Source: Aplysia californica (lineage: Eukaryota). From it: a stretch of 64,000 nt of DNA. Positions 11,901 to 24,193 of the stretch are shown piece by piece. The translations under genes and the position numbers were made by a program. The notes under the pieces are model-generated. The model ran no database searches. It saw nothing but the letters and a program-made list of their open reading frames with translations, and was not told the DNA's origin. Where the stretch lies: NCBI RefSeq assembly GCF_000002075.1, contig NW_004797705.1:176727-240726 (forward strand). The letters run 5' to 3'. Within the stretch, counting starts at the first letter, position 1; each line of letters starts with the position of its first letter.

Positions 11901-14900
11901 TCATCTGACGGGTTTTTACTATACAATTTAGAAGTACAAACAAAGGCGCACCGGCAGTGGAATTTTAGTTGCCGCGGGGGGTTCCCCGCTGGGCGCCTTA
12001 TCACGTCGGGGTCACGGGGGTCAGCTCCCTGTCGCCGCTCTGTCTGGGCCGACCTAATTTTTGGTACTTTTCAACGTACAATTTAAGGTGTATCCTTGTA
12101 TTTATGGTAATTCTCATTTAGTGCATCAAAAGCACGCATTTCTGCTCTTGAGACTTAAAAAAGAACGGACGTTGTAACTTGTCTGGTTATTTCGTTAGAC
12201 GCGCTGGAGTCGGCAATGCTAAATTGTAATTTTTTTTTGGACTAGCGTGAATGAAAAAAAATCAATATAAAAAAAAGGCATCGTCAAAATCTGTCGAACT
12301 TTTGGAATATGAACGACATAACATTGGTGCAGATACTCAGAAAAGATGGTATCTGCGCTTATAATAGAAGGCTGTAATTTTACAATTTTATCCATCAGGC
12401 TCACAATTCGCTATGAAGTAATTCCTCCAAATACAACTTTATGTATCTAATATAATCGTGAATATTCGCATATTTTCTCGAAAGTTTATAAAAGTTACCA
12501 TGAAGTTTCTCTATGAAAAGTACAAATCGATTTTAGTGCTAGAATACATCTTCAACGTAGATCTAATACACGAACAGTATCCATTACACTCCAGAAATTC
12601 CTTATTTTCCTTAAAACGCTAAGTCCAGGTTTTGTAAGTTGACTGAATAATAGGGATGACTTCTCGTAATTGGGTTATAAGAATAATTTCTAGCTTTCCA
12701 GGGACACTGAATCAGCACCAGACTTTTCCAGCTTTTTTTTCGTTTCTATGACCATTTGCAATAACTTACAATGTGACTGATTTCTTTACATTCATAATTG
12801 TGTCCGCACATATTTTCTACACAAAAACTAAGAATGAATGTTTCAACTGTCATTATTTTTATTCCAAACAAGAAGTTTATCTCTACCCATATATTTACAC
12901 GGTTTTGTGGGTTTTTTAATCGCTTATATTATATCTTTTTAGTTGTATGCAGGCTGCCACAGACACAGCATGATTCATGAACAAACGCAGAGTAACGTTC
13001 TTTTGTTTAATAGTAAAATAAGAGCTAACGCTGATCGTCTTTAGTTAAAAAATGCAGATGTGCATCTTTCTTCTCTTATAACTTGACTATTACTACTAGC
13101 GCAGATTTAAGATTTCTCATGGTAAAAGATATGATATTCTTAGTCAGTTTAACACAGATTTTGGAGAGATCTGTCGTGCCTTTTTAAAATTAACAATCAT
13201 TTATTCATAAGTTTGTAACTAAAATAGGACAGATTTGGTACTCTACAAACACTTGTCTAGAGCAAAAACTAAGGCACAGAGACTAACCATTCTAACGCAG
13301 AATAAATCTCAAGACATTGAGCTTTTAGTACATCTGCGTAATGGTTTGCTATGTGGGATGGGGAAGAAGTTATATCGTTTTAAACATAGTCAAAAATGCG
13401 AACTTCCTGACCGACAGCGGCAAAGTCGCTTCAGGGCTCATTATCCCTGTGATCCCGAGCCGGGGAGCTCCGACGGGCTGCTGAGTCCTGCGAACTAAAA
13501 GTAACAGAATCGGGCGAAAAGTGACGCCGTGAAACGCATGTTCACTCACTCTAAACGCGCGTTCCAATACTCGAAACATGCCGGCGGGTAGAGCTTGATA
13601 AAGGGAAATGTTTGCTCCAATCTTCACAGCTTGCATAAGACAAGCCTAGACAACCAGATATTTGGTGAGACTGACCCTCACGTAGAACAAAGAGAGTGAT
13701 GGACAGCGTTTTCACACCCAACTTTCCACTGACACATAGATTTAGGACAGGTCTGTGAAATGTTGGGGGGTTGGGGGGACTAAAATGTTATTTAATTGGT
13801 CACTGGAAATGCATCTTTGAGAGAAGGTTTCTGACTGGTGTTTGAGTGACTGCGTGTAATGTTTAGTTAGACCTATATAAGGGCTATGATGCGCAACACG
13901 CATGAATGCTGTAAAACACTAGATAAGCCTCTAGGATTAAAGATTTGTCAAGTAAGCCTAATCAGCTGGGCTCGAAAAACTTATAACGTAAAGAAATGTT
14001 TCTCTGAATGTAGAGTTTTATGATTCTGATGTCGTCCATGAATTTACGGTCGGGGGTGGTCGCTTGGAAAGCCACGTGGCTGGGTCGTCGTTTCTATGAC
14101 TATCACCAACAGTTTCTCCTTAGGCTATCAGTTCCCGCCAATTACATTGAGTCTGTTTTTCTGCAACCCCCTTTCAACGCCTCTTAACCGCTGTCAGGGA
14201 ATCCTTCACAAAACAGTCACGTGTCGTTACATTATCAACCAGTTGCCCCCACCCTCCAAGGGGCATCACTACAATATCAAGGAATTGAGACGACTGCGTC
14301 CATTCCTCAGGTTCATGTAAATGCACGCTCCGTTTAAACACACGCTAAGGAGGCCTCCCGAGCACCGTGCGTTTAGGCAGAGACTACTGTATTTTGGTAT
14401 AACAAATTTTAAAGCCAGATTACTGGTACTAATGTTTTGTTAGTTGATGACTAAAACATGTGCTGGTGGGTGGGCAGCAGTGCTGGAGTGTGATACCTCG
14501 TGTCTGTACATAATTTTTTTTAACCGGCCCTCTGACTTTGACAAAGGTGTATGATTTATAAAGTAAAAAAATGTTTTGTGATTCACTGTGTGATCTTTGC
14601 TTGAGTTACTGTTGTTACTTCTGTGACACTTTTGAATAACATACTACCTGTGTACCTATTTTGGGAAAGTAACAAAGATTTTTGCCCTCTCTGCTCATGT
14701 TACTTTTCAGTTTTATAAATTACTTTCTCAGCTCTAACACTAGGCACTTGTTCCCCAAGAAATAATTCCATGAGCTGGTCCACACTTGTTCCATTCCCAT
14801 CCTGCTTCTGTATGTGTGGCATCGTCATCCCATTAGGCTCTCATCAAAATTATGAAATATCAAAAGGACCAACATTTTTTTTCTGACTGTTGCACATGTT

Positions 14901-16515
14901 TGTTATTACAATTCCTTTTTTTTTTACTTGGAGTACCGCCTTCTGTGTCCATTTATTAAAATTTCTTTTTGGATTTTACCAGAAAAATATTGATCAATAG
15001 CTCTAAAAATGTAAATTAGCAGTTTCCAAAAACACTCAAGCTTTGGAAGTCACCAAACTTTGGTGGCAATTTTGTCACTAATTTTCCTCTGGCACCAGGT
15101 GATCCCTACATCCTTCAATTGCAAATATCTGGACTTTTATTCAGATCGATGGGTAAATTTACAAGATTTAAGATGATACCAATAACTCCATATGCCTAAA
15201 AACTGAAGAGAGCTTGAAAATGTTGTTTTGTGACACATTTGATGTGCAGGATAGTGCCTTTCAATTTGGCCATATTTTCTTAATTTATTCTGAAAAGATT
15301 CATATATATATATGCTGATGCCTCATGAGAGAGGAAAGTAAATGTATTCTGTTTTCCTTCACAGCTGGAAATGCAAATCATATGCAGATCTGGGGAAATG
15401 AAGGTCAAGTACTGATGCAACTACTCCATTTTTGCTTTGCCCTTGGAGGCACCATCTCTCCCTTGTATACAGAGCCCTTCCTCGCGCCCAAGGAAGACGA
15501 GGAAAATTCAAGTACAGTCAGTTTGAACATGATTACAGTTACAACTGTTGGTCCATTGAATGCTAGCTCCAGTGGATACGGCATTTTACCTCCGAGTAGG
15601 AACAGCTCACAGAACTTCAATTTGACATCACCTTCTGTGGGAACTGAGAGAACGACTCATGTTGCCTATGCTTTTCTCATAACAGGAATATTATGTGTTG
15701 CATCAGCCATACCATTTCTGGTAATTTATGTTAAAGAGAAACTGAAAGAAAAAAAGAAAGGGAAGACTGCTGAGGAGACTCTAACACAACGTGACCTACC
15801 TCGCCCGGTTCTAGTGTTTGTTCTAGTCACTGTGTGCGCTTTTTATTTAGTGTACTGTAGCGTAGAAGACACTTTTGCTTCTTTCCTCATGACATTTCTT
15901 GTAAAACAGTACGATTTTGTATCCAAATCCAAGGGAGCTTATATAACAGCGTTTTACTGGGCTTCTTTTGCTGTGTCCAGATTTTTAATGATATTTTTGT
16001 CAAAAATACTAAGTCCTGTGAAATTGCTAACACTTTGCTGTAGTCTCATGGTTGTGTCATTTGCTGGATTTTATATCAGTGCTACGTTTAGTGCCATCAA
16101 GGCTCTCACTTTTTTTGCAGTGCTGGCAGGATTTAGCATGTCAGCTGTCTTCCCATCAGGCTTTTCGTGGACAGAGCAAGAACTGTTGAGAGTGACCGGT
16201 CGTGTTTCTTCCTGCATTTTACTCTCTGCTTGTTTGGGCACTATGGCTAACCCCATGTTATTGGCTTATCTCATGGAAGAATTTTCCAATATGTGGTTCT
16301 GTTACCTTTTAGTAAATCAGACTGTCCTGTTGTGCGTTCTGTTTATATTTTTGCTGATTTTCAATAGGTGCTACCTGAATGTAAGGTATGGAAAACTACA
16401 AATGACACCAGATATCACTATTGATGTGGAGCTTGAAATAAATCAACCGTTAAGTTCTGAGAACTTGGGCAAAGTACAAAATTGTGTTGACCCATTGGAT
16501 GAAAAGATCCGTTAA
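8372..16515 (+). CDS. MFSD4: MFS transporter, MFSD4 family (sodium-dependent glucose transporter 1 / NaGLT1-like), ~543 aa, 4 coding exons
   Basis: Exons 8372-8566, 9115-9261, 10106-10244 and 15365-16515 join in frame at GT-AG sites. Family motifs GMCIGMHGPTFLDL, GNANHMQIWG..MQLLHFCFALGGTISP, YWASFAVSRF and SMSAVFPSG are present, with about 12 hydrophobic segments. An acceptor at 8357 implies an upstream 5'UTR exon. MFSD4A vs MFSD4B not resolved. Confidence 0.9.
8670..8962. mobile_element. Short pogo-like MITE remnant ending in a (TA)n microsatellite (~8887-8962)
   Basis: TA|CAGTCGAACCTG ... AGACTG|(TA)n in an MFSD4 intron. Confidence 0.55.
10843..11288. mobile_element. MITE with ~35-bp imperfect TIRs; second degenerate copy at ~14960-15240
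   Basis: tgtgaggcatcatggtgaaatcaggcgctcgtcaa vs ttgacgagtgcctgattccaccacgttgtgacaca. The internal block accaaactttgg(c/t)ggc...gcaaatatct...gatgataccaat is shared with 15048-15240. Confidence 0.7.
11871..14389. mobile_element. TA-flanked pogo/Tigger-like non-autonomous element carrying a ~1.6 kb nested insertion (~11941-13531)
   Basis: Ends TA|CAGTGGGCTCC...GGCAGAGACTACTG|TA. Segments 11871-11940 and 13532-14389 are colinear with 17204-18205. Confidence 0.85.
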
Positions 16516-17203
16516 TGTTTTGTGATACTTATGAGTCTTTCTTTTTTTGTTTTGTTGGGGAAATAAGAGTACTGTCGGTGAAATTGTTTTAATGCTGTCA
16601 ACTGCAGTATTAATATTTATGTTTCAAAATCTTTAATTTATGCAAGCTTTGTGCCATATTTTAGTGGCATTTCATAATGTTAGACGAAGTTTAACATATT
16701 GTCAATTGCATTTAGCTCTAGTTCATTTTTTGTCTTTTAAAGATTTAAACATTTTCATTTTTTAGATTGTGTGAGGGTCTGTGGAATAGTCCAAACGTAA
16801 TAAACTTTCTGCAGATATCTTTTTGATAACATCTTCATGCTACTTGGAATGAGTTTGCTGCAAATATTTTTTAAAGAATATACAAAGACACTACTGTGAT
16901 TTGTTTTGCCAAAAAATCCATGATTTTCATATTCACATAATGTAACAGACGAGGTATCTGTGATAGCCCTTTTTATCTTTCGGTTCAGTTTTATGACTCG
17001 TAAACCTGAGCCCCCTAAATGCAAAGGGCCTTACTCTGTTTAGCACTCAGGATGAGAAAAATGAAGAACAAGAAAAGTGCATTGCATTTTTTCTTTTTCA
17101 AAGAGTTTTAAACATTTTTTTAAAAACAACTAGTCGCTACTTTTCTTATTCCTACTTCAAAGTACCATTTGGCAGTGTGACTTAGTATGATGTGTATGTA
17201 ATA

Positions 17204-18205
17204 CAGTAGTCTCCGCCTAAAAGCACGCTCCGCTCAAATGCATGCTTTCATCGTCTGACAGGTTTTTTTACTATATAATTTAGACTACAAACGCACAGTC
17301 ACTTCCTCTAAACGCACGCTCCCATCCGTGAAACACGCCGACAGGTAAAGCTTGAAAACGGGGAATTTCCACTACAGCTACAACCTGCACAGCTTGCATT
17401 AGACAAGCATAGAAAACCGGATATTTGGTGAGACTGCCCCTCTCGCCGAACAAAGAGAGCGATGGACAGCATTTTCACACCCAACTTTCCACAGACACAA
17501 AGGTCTAGATCTCGGTCTAGGGCTGGTCGGTGAAATGTTGGTGAGGAGGGGACTGAATTGTTTTTTGATTGGTCACTGGGAATGCATCGTTGAGAAAAGG
17601 TTTCTGACTGGTGTTTGGGTGACTGCATGTAATGTTTAGTTAGACCTAGGCCTGATGCGCAACGCGCGTGAATGCTGTAAAACATTAGACAGGCCTCTAG
17701 ATCCCAAGTAACCCTTATCGGCTGCGCTCGAAGAACTTATATTCTTATAACGTACTTGTTCAATGAATCACAAGAGAAATGTTTCTCTGAATGTAGAGAT
17801 CTATGATTCTGATGTCGTCCATGAATTTGCGGTCGGAGTGGTTGCTTAGAAAGCCACGTGGCTGAGCCGTAGTCTCTATGATTATCTCTATCTCCAACAG
17901 TTTACTCTTACAATGCTATCTGTTCCCGACATTTTATAGTTCATATTCATTACATTGAGTCTGTCTTTCTCTCCCCCCCCCCCCAACGCCTTTGTATTCT
18001 TAACCGCTGTCGGGGAATCCTTCACAAAACAGTCACATTATCGGCCAAAGTGACCTCCACCCCAAAGGGAGGTCACTAGAATATCAAGGCAATAAAATGA
18101 TTGCGTCCCTTTCTCCCTTTGCAAAGGTACATGTAAACGCTCGCTCCGTCTAGACACACGCTAATGAGTCCTCCCGAGCACCGTGAGTTTAGGCAGAGAC
18201 TACTG
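17204..18205. mobile_element. TA-flanked pogo/Tigger-like MITE, ~1 kb, same family as 11871-14389
   Basis: TIRs CAGTAGTCTCCGCCTAAA / TTTAGGCAGAGACTACTG with TA TSD. Confidence 0.9.
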
Positions 18206-18979
18206 TAGCTGAATAAGGAAATTTAAGACTCATTACACGATTTTATATCCACCTCCAATGGGACGAAGCATTGAAGAATCTAACAGGCCATGTTCATGGA
18301 CTTGTCTTTAGGGATTCAAATAGGGGTTCCAGGGCACTGGACTTGAGCATGAGACTAGCTGAACCTGCAGAGTGGCCCCCTTTGATATTGACAGATCCCT
18401 TGCTTAGAAAGTCACAGTGTTATAGGCTACATAATTGTAACAGGAAAAATTATAGGAGTAGAAAAATAGCACTAAAGACAACCCAGCTTTTTGAAGTTCC
18501 TTTTCATTTTTATTATGTTTCTGTATGATTTTTTTTGTGTGGAATTACTTAATTTTAAAATTATAAGTGTTGCTACTTCAGAATCCCATGGTGGAATATT
18601 GTTGATCTGGAATTCAGGTATGTTAAATTACAAGCCCATTTTATTTCATTGTTCTGCTAATTGTGATCGGCTGCTGGATCTCTGTCTGTGTCCTGTTCAT
18701 GAAAACACTTTAGAAACTAAAGTAGTGGACACTGGTAACGAATATATACCCTTTTTGTTTGTGCACTCTGTTCTAATCTACACCATAAATGAGGTTGAAT
18801 TCCATTTCTGTTTCTGTATCTGAATGTTCATTGAGTTACTCTTTCCCATGTGCGGTGGATCCTTCTTATTTTTTTGGCATCTATTAGTTGTTCAGCAATT
18901 CTTGTATGGTTTTCAAATTTCACATTTTGCTTTATTCTATTGCCACTTTATGTTTTCAAGATATAAATATAATAATGTA

Positions 18980-20919
18980 CAGGGTGATCCCAAAAAAAAT
19001 TTACAACTTTTTTTCTAAATATCTCACGCAAATGTTGTTCTAGAAAGATGAAACTTGGAACAGATAAACTTCATTCAAAAGGAATTTGTTTGACATAAAA
19101 TTCATACAGAAGAAACTTATTTTGGGAACGGAAAAAGCATAAAGAAAAAAAAACACCCATAAATGTAAAATGCGCCAATTTAATAATTTTAAAAAAGGCA
19201 CTCTTGCAAGGAAAGTCATGAGACAATTTATTTGATTTTCGTCTTCTTTTTCTCTATAACATTTAATTGTTCCAACCTTGTGACATTAAACAATATTTAA
19301 TTTCTCTTAGGGAGTTAAAGAACTAACATTTTTGTTCTGGAATTTCTAAAACAATTGCTCCACATGTCCTCCTTTGGACTCCAAACATCTTTTAACGCGT
19401 CGTTTGAAATGCTCGATGACCGTCAAACACAGTTCCCGCAGACTGTTTCTCACTTCATCACCGATTGCTTGTTTCATAATTTCAATGTTTTCAAACTGGT
19501 TTTGAAATATCTTGTCCTTCAGATAGCTCCACAAGAGAAAGTCAGTTCAGGAGAATGCGGAGCTCAAATGTGTTCACTTCTGCGACTGATCACATGATCT
19601 CCAAAGTGGTCAGCTAGCCATGTCATTGATCTGACAGAAACATGTGGATTGACCCCATCTTGCATGAACCACTGGTCTTGGCGATCCAAGTGCCGGTGTC
19701 TCCCCAGATCCGTCCAGAATTTCATCAGCACCTCGATATATATATCGGTCTGTGTTCACAGTTGCAACATGTCAGTCCGCGTCTTCAAAAAAAAAAGGAC
19801 CCTCCAAACCATGAGTGCTGAAAGCCAGCCGCACTGTATCCGTATGGAGTGGCTTCTGGAGAGGGTAGGGAGGTGGGTGGAATGCCCAATTGCCAATAGA
19901 GAGCATCTTTGGAGTTTACATATCCTGAAAGTTGAAAATGCGCTTCGTCACTGAACTAGATGTCATCTAAGAAACTCTCGCCTTCTCCAAGGCGGTCGAG
20001 GAACCACGGACACATTGCCATCTTCTGTCCTCGGTCAGTCTCGCGAAGCATTTGCCTAACATGAATATATGGTATGGGCGTAAGTTAAGATCTACTTTTA
20101 GAATACGGACTGTCGATATGTATGAAAGTCCTAGTTGCAGGCATCGTCTGCGGACAGATGTCTCATTAGATTCAGCGACTGAGTTCTGCACCCTGACGAT
20201 GTTTAGAGGGGTTTGAATGGTGCGCGTTCAACCTGAAGCGGTCGCTTTTTCTGGAGATTTTTTGTTTTGATTTTTTATACACCCAAACTGGCGGAACTTT
20301 TTTTACCCATAACATCAAAGAAGGTCTTCATGGCCCTTTAGCATTCTTCCCATGCCTTGAGCGGAACTTACGAAATATCAGGGATGGTGATTTTGTGGAG
20401 AGGTCATGTTCAGACAGCCACAAAAAACAACTGTGTCACGGCTATTTTTGTGTTTGTTAAAATACATGAACGATGTTTTTAGTTTTGTTTTAGGCTTAAG
20501 CGGCAAAGAAAGTGAAAGTAGAGTAAATCTAGAAAAACAAGGCAATCGGATTGATTTTAGTGCCTTGAAAACTTCGAAGAAAAACTAGATCTAGACCATA
20601 GATTTACTATAAATTTACTATGGGTAAATCAAGTGCAGATAAGTCTCAATCAGATGAAGAATATATGTTTTCTCTGCACTTTCCTTCATCTTCCTCTCTA
20701 ATAATATTGAAAGAACATTTTAAGTAAAATCTAAGCGAAATTTCATATCCCTTAAATAGTTTGGGCACAATGCGTGTCTAAAATTAGTGTGTCGAGTTCA
20801 GACCGATTTTTCCCTCCGGCTCGCGGCAAGCCAGGTGGACACTAGTGCACTGCTGCGGCAAAGCAGGGTGAATTGGGTTGAGTCCAAATTTTGAGAATTA
20901 AAAATTTTTTGGCACCCTG
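18980..20919 (-). mobile_element. Decayed Tc1/mariner transposon, probably DD41D (rosa/Visitor) type; transposase pseudogene ~20400-19346
   Basis: Minus-strand fragments FSDEAHFQLSGYVN, WFMQDGVNPH, I*APHSP and DFLLWSYLKDKIF...GGHVEQL with stops and frameshifts. Ends TA|CAGGGTGATCCCAAAAAAAATTT and AAATTTTTTGGCACCCTG. D-D spacing inferred across a small deletion. Confidence 0.85.
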
Positions 20920-23188
20920 CCAAAACTCTATCAAAGATCAACTTTCAGCAATACCAAAAAGCAGTTTAATGTTATGGTCAAAGCTTACAATTTTCTTGCT
21001 TTTCATGATTCCTGATGGTAACATCACAACAAAAACTAGTTTTTGGTCTGTAAAAATAATAAAAAGTATACAAACAGACTAAAGTGGAGTGAATTGCTTG
21101 TGACACCAACAGTATGTCGCACTGTTCTTAATTTACTTTAGATAGCCCAAATACTGTAGTACAAATGTATATACCTTGGTAATGGAAAAGCTTCAGCCTG
21201 ACTGACCACAGGTATGCTATTTTTTACAGTGAATTGTTATAGATAGATGTAAATTTTTGCTATGACAGTGACTGAAGTCCTTTTTCATTTGTGTCTTTTA
21301 GGTTACTGGTATTTGTGATATATTGATCATTTGAAGTATTAGTATTAGATCTAGTAGTATTTTTGTTTTGTTTTTAACTTACATTAAGATGTTTTTACAA
21401 TTCTGACAGATCTGTCTCCTCTTTCTGCTTTTGCAGAGATATTTCTTCCATTCTCTAGTATAAGTATATTATAAGTCAATGAGAGAGGCGCCAGTATTTT
21501 TTTTTCTATCCTTTTGATGTTTTCAAGTTGTTTGCTTTTAAATGAATTTCACCTTTTGCTTTTTACAGATGTGTAAAGAACTATAAAATGTAATTGTATG
21601 TTATTGATATAGAGCACATGTAGGCCTACTGAACTGCTTTTTAAGAAAAGAACTGGATTTTATGAATTATGAAAATGTTTTCGGCAATGTTGCTTACTGA
21701 AAAATTACAAATTTTATTTGCTTTTCCAATTGCCAAAATGTGGTCTGTGTATTGTATTTTTACTTTCGAGTCATTTTACCTCTTTAGGCTGGTAATTGTG
21801 AATGACTCATCATCATATAACATTTTTGGGATTACTTATTACCATTATAACTGTGCTGGTCACTTCAGAAAACTTGTGAGTTATGTGAGATTATGTACAA
21901 CGATGAGCTGTATAAACTTTCCTTGAGAATTTTTGCTTCATATTTTAAACAACTACAACATCTATGGTCCTTCTGAGCATTTTTTTGGTGCTAGGAACCA
22001 AGAAGTAATGAAAATATCTGTTGAAAGATGGTGCTTTTTCTTTCATTGTATATATATACAGCTTTGTGCAGCAGTAGCGGAGTAAGTTCCCTTTCACTTT
22101 CAGAAGTTTGAGCTCAAAGTCAAAGTCAAATATTTGCAAATCATTTTTCTCACCTTTCTGTAGAAGTAGAATAATATTTTCTTTCAGCACAGAGTCTGAA
22201 CTGCCACATCTGGTGCATGCAAGAGACCCTAGTGGGGAGAATTTTTATAGAGTATCTGTCTTTCTGCTAAGATGTTGTATCCCTCTCAGTCCAAGTGGGC
22301 TCTGATAAACAGGGTCAACGCCCACCTCTTAAATGATCTAAATTGTGTTGTTAACGGTAACAGCATAAAAACACCTACATTAAAAACAAACAAAAACCAG
22401 AGTTCGTACAGGGGTCCACTTTTAAATTTGCAATGGTTCACAGACATACTATACTTATACACTGTGATTACCGTGTCTAATAATAAGATGCAATATTCAA
22501 CATCAACACACAAGAGGGGAGACAGGGTTATAAAGTGTCTTTTTGACTTCTTACTTGTACTTTTTCTAACATTTTGCATGTGATGTAAATAAGTTTTGTA
22601 TTGAAATGCTACATATCATTGAAGTATTCGTGACAGGGAACTTGTAACAATTGTAACATTCCTTCAGAATTAATGTTTACGAGTTTTTTCTCTGTATCTC
22701 TAAAGCTGACTTTTACCTTTATCATTTTATGATGTCTCTCTTTAAAATTTTATTGTCATGTGATTTGAATTTACAAGAAGACAGGCTTATATTTAAAGAA
22801 TGTTTGCCATTGTCTTTTAAAATTTTAAATAGTGTGGGTTATTCTGAATTTTAAGTCTTCTGAAACTGTTCTACATAAGTCAGAGTTTGGTACTGAGCTG
22901 TCAAATCTTGTTGTGCCGCCTCCCCGTTGTACCGCCAGCCCCGCTTACAAGTTACTGCCAGATTTTGCCAATATACAAAAAGGGTCCCCTAAACATAGTA
23001 TTTGCGCCTTTACACCACCGTCCCCCTACTGTCTCAGTTGTAGAGTCCTTATAAGGCTACTCTGTAAATCTACCCCACTGTACCGCCAATGAACTGGCCG
23101 CCAGAAGTACACAGTACACACTAGTGTAGACTGTATAATCAAAGTTCCTGGATAAAGCACAATATCTCATTACATAGCGGGAGAATAT

Positions 23189-23420
23189 GGTCTCTGTGTT
23201 GTAATGGTTAGGTTGTTGGGCTGACAACCAAAAGTTTATGGGTTTGAACCCATCATTGACCTGTCATGTCTTTGAGAAAGTCATTTCACTCCAATTTTCC
23301 TCACTTTACCCAAGTGGGAATGGATACCAGACTGGCTATAGACAGTGAAAGATCTGGTCAGTCTGTTGGTATTTGAGCATGTAATTGGCTGATTGAGCTT
23401 GCACTGTATGAATGTGCTTC
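23189..23420 (+). mobile_element. tRNA-derived SINE (CORE-like central domain), degenerate
   Basis: A-box-like taatggttagg, B-box-like gggtttgaaccc, then tgtctttgagaaagtcattt...ttttcctcactttacccaag. Homologous to 63645-63870. Confidence 0.7.
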
Positions 23421-23847
23421 CTTTTCCAAGTGTTCTAGGGTCTGCTGGGGTCATTTTGCTCTTTGCCAGAGAGTGTGAGCTCTTGTACTGGGTTTTGTTT
23501 ATTTTATTTTTTTAGCCCAAGCAGAATAACAAACAACTTGACAAGAGAGGAGGGATGCACCACATTGAAATTATAGGCTATTCTCATTGTTCACAGTTTT
23601 GGAATTGTCAAAAAATAAAATTTTCAGGCAATTTTTGGCATTGAAGTTTGCTGTGAGAGTTTCATTTATGGACAAAACATATAATTCGACAGTTTGCCCA
23701 TTTGAGCAACAGTAGGAAATAGGCAGAATGTTAACTTAATCTTGGAGAAATGGTGAAACTGTATACGTTCAAAGCCCTTATCAACACTATTAGGTTATTT
23801 AAGAGGCAGGACCTTCGAGTTTAACATAAATTCTGAAAGGATAGAGC

Positions 23848-23972
23848 CAAATGGAAAATTCATGGTAGGTACCTTTCCCAAGAACATAACATCAGACCAA
23901 GCTGAGGCTCAAACCCTTGAACCGGCAATCTCACGATTATGGGTCCGCTAGCTTCGCTACAAGGCAACCAAC
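23848..23972 (-). mobile_element. tRNA-derived SINE fragment
   Basis: Colinear with 47120-47252 (gagccaaatg..aaattcatg..ctttcccaag..tcacgatta(t/c)gggtcc). Confidence 0.65.
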
Positions 23973-24063
23973 GCCACCTCTTAATCTTGGCATAATTCCA
24001 GAAAAAAACCAGCAGTTTAAAACAATACATGATACACATAGGTATTTTAAACCACACCTCTCA

Positions 24064-24193
24064 ACCTCAGAGCTTTCTTGTCGTATCTCCATTTTTCAAC
24101 AGTGAAAATGTAAATTTTTCTAAAGTTCACTCTTTCTTATAAACTGTTTTCACTGTAATCAAAAATTGGGATATGACAAGAAAGCACTGAGGT
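24064..24193. repeat. Small palindromic MITE-like hairpin (~130 bp)
   Basis: acctcagagctttcttgtcgtatc...acagtgaaaa vs ttttcactgt...gatatgacaagaaagcactgaggt. Confidence 0.75.
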
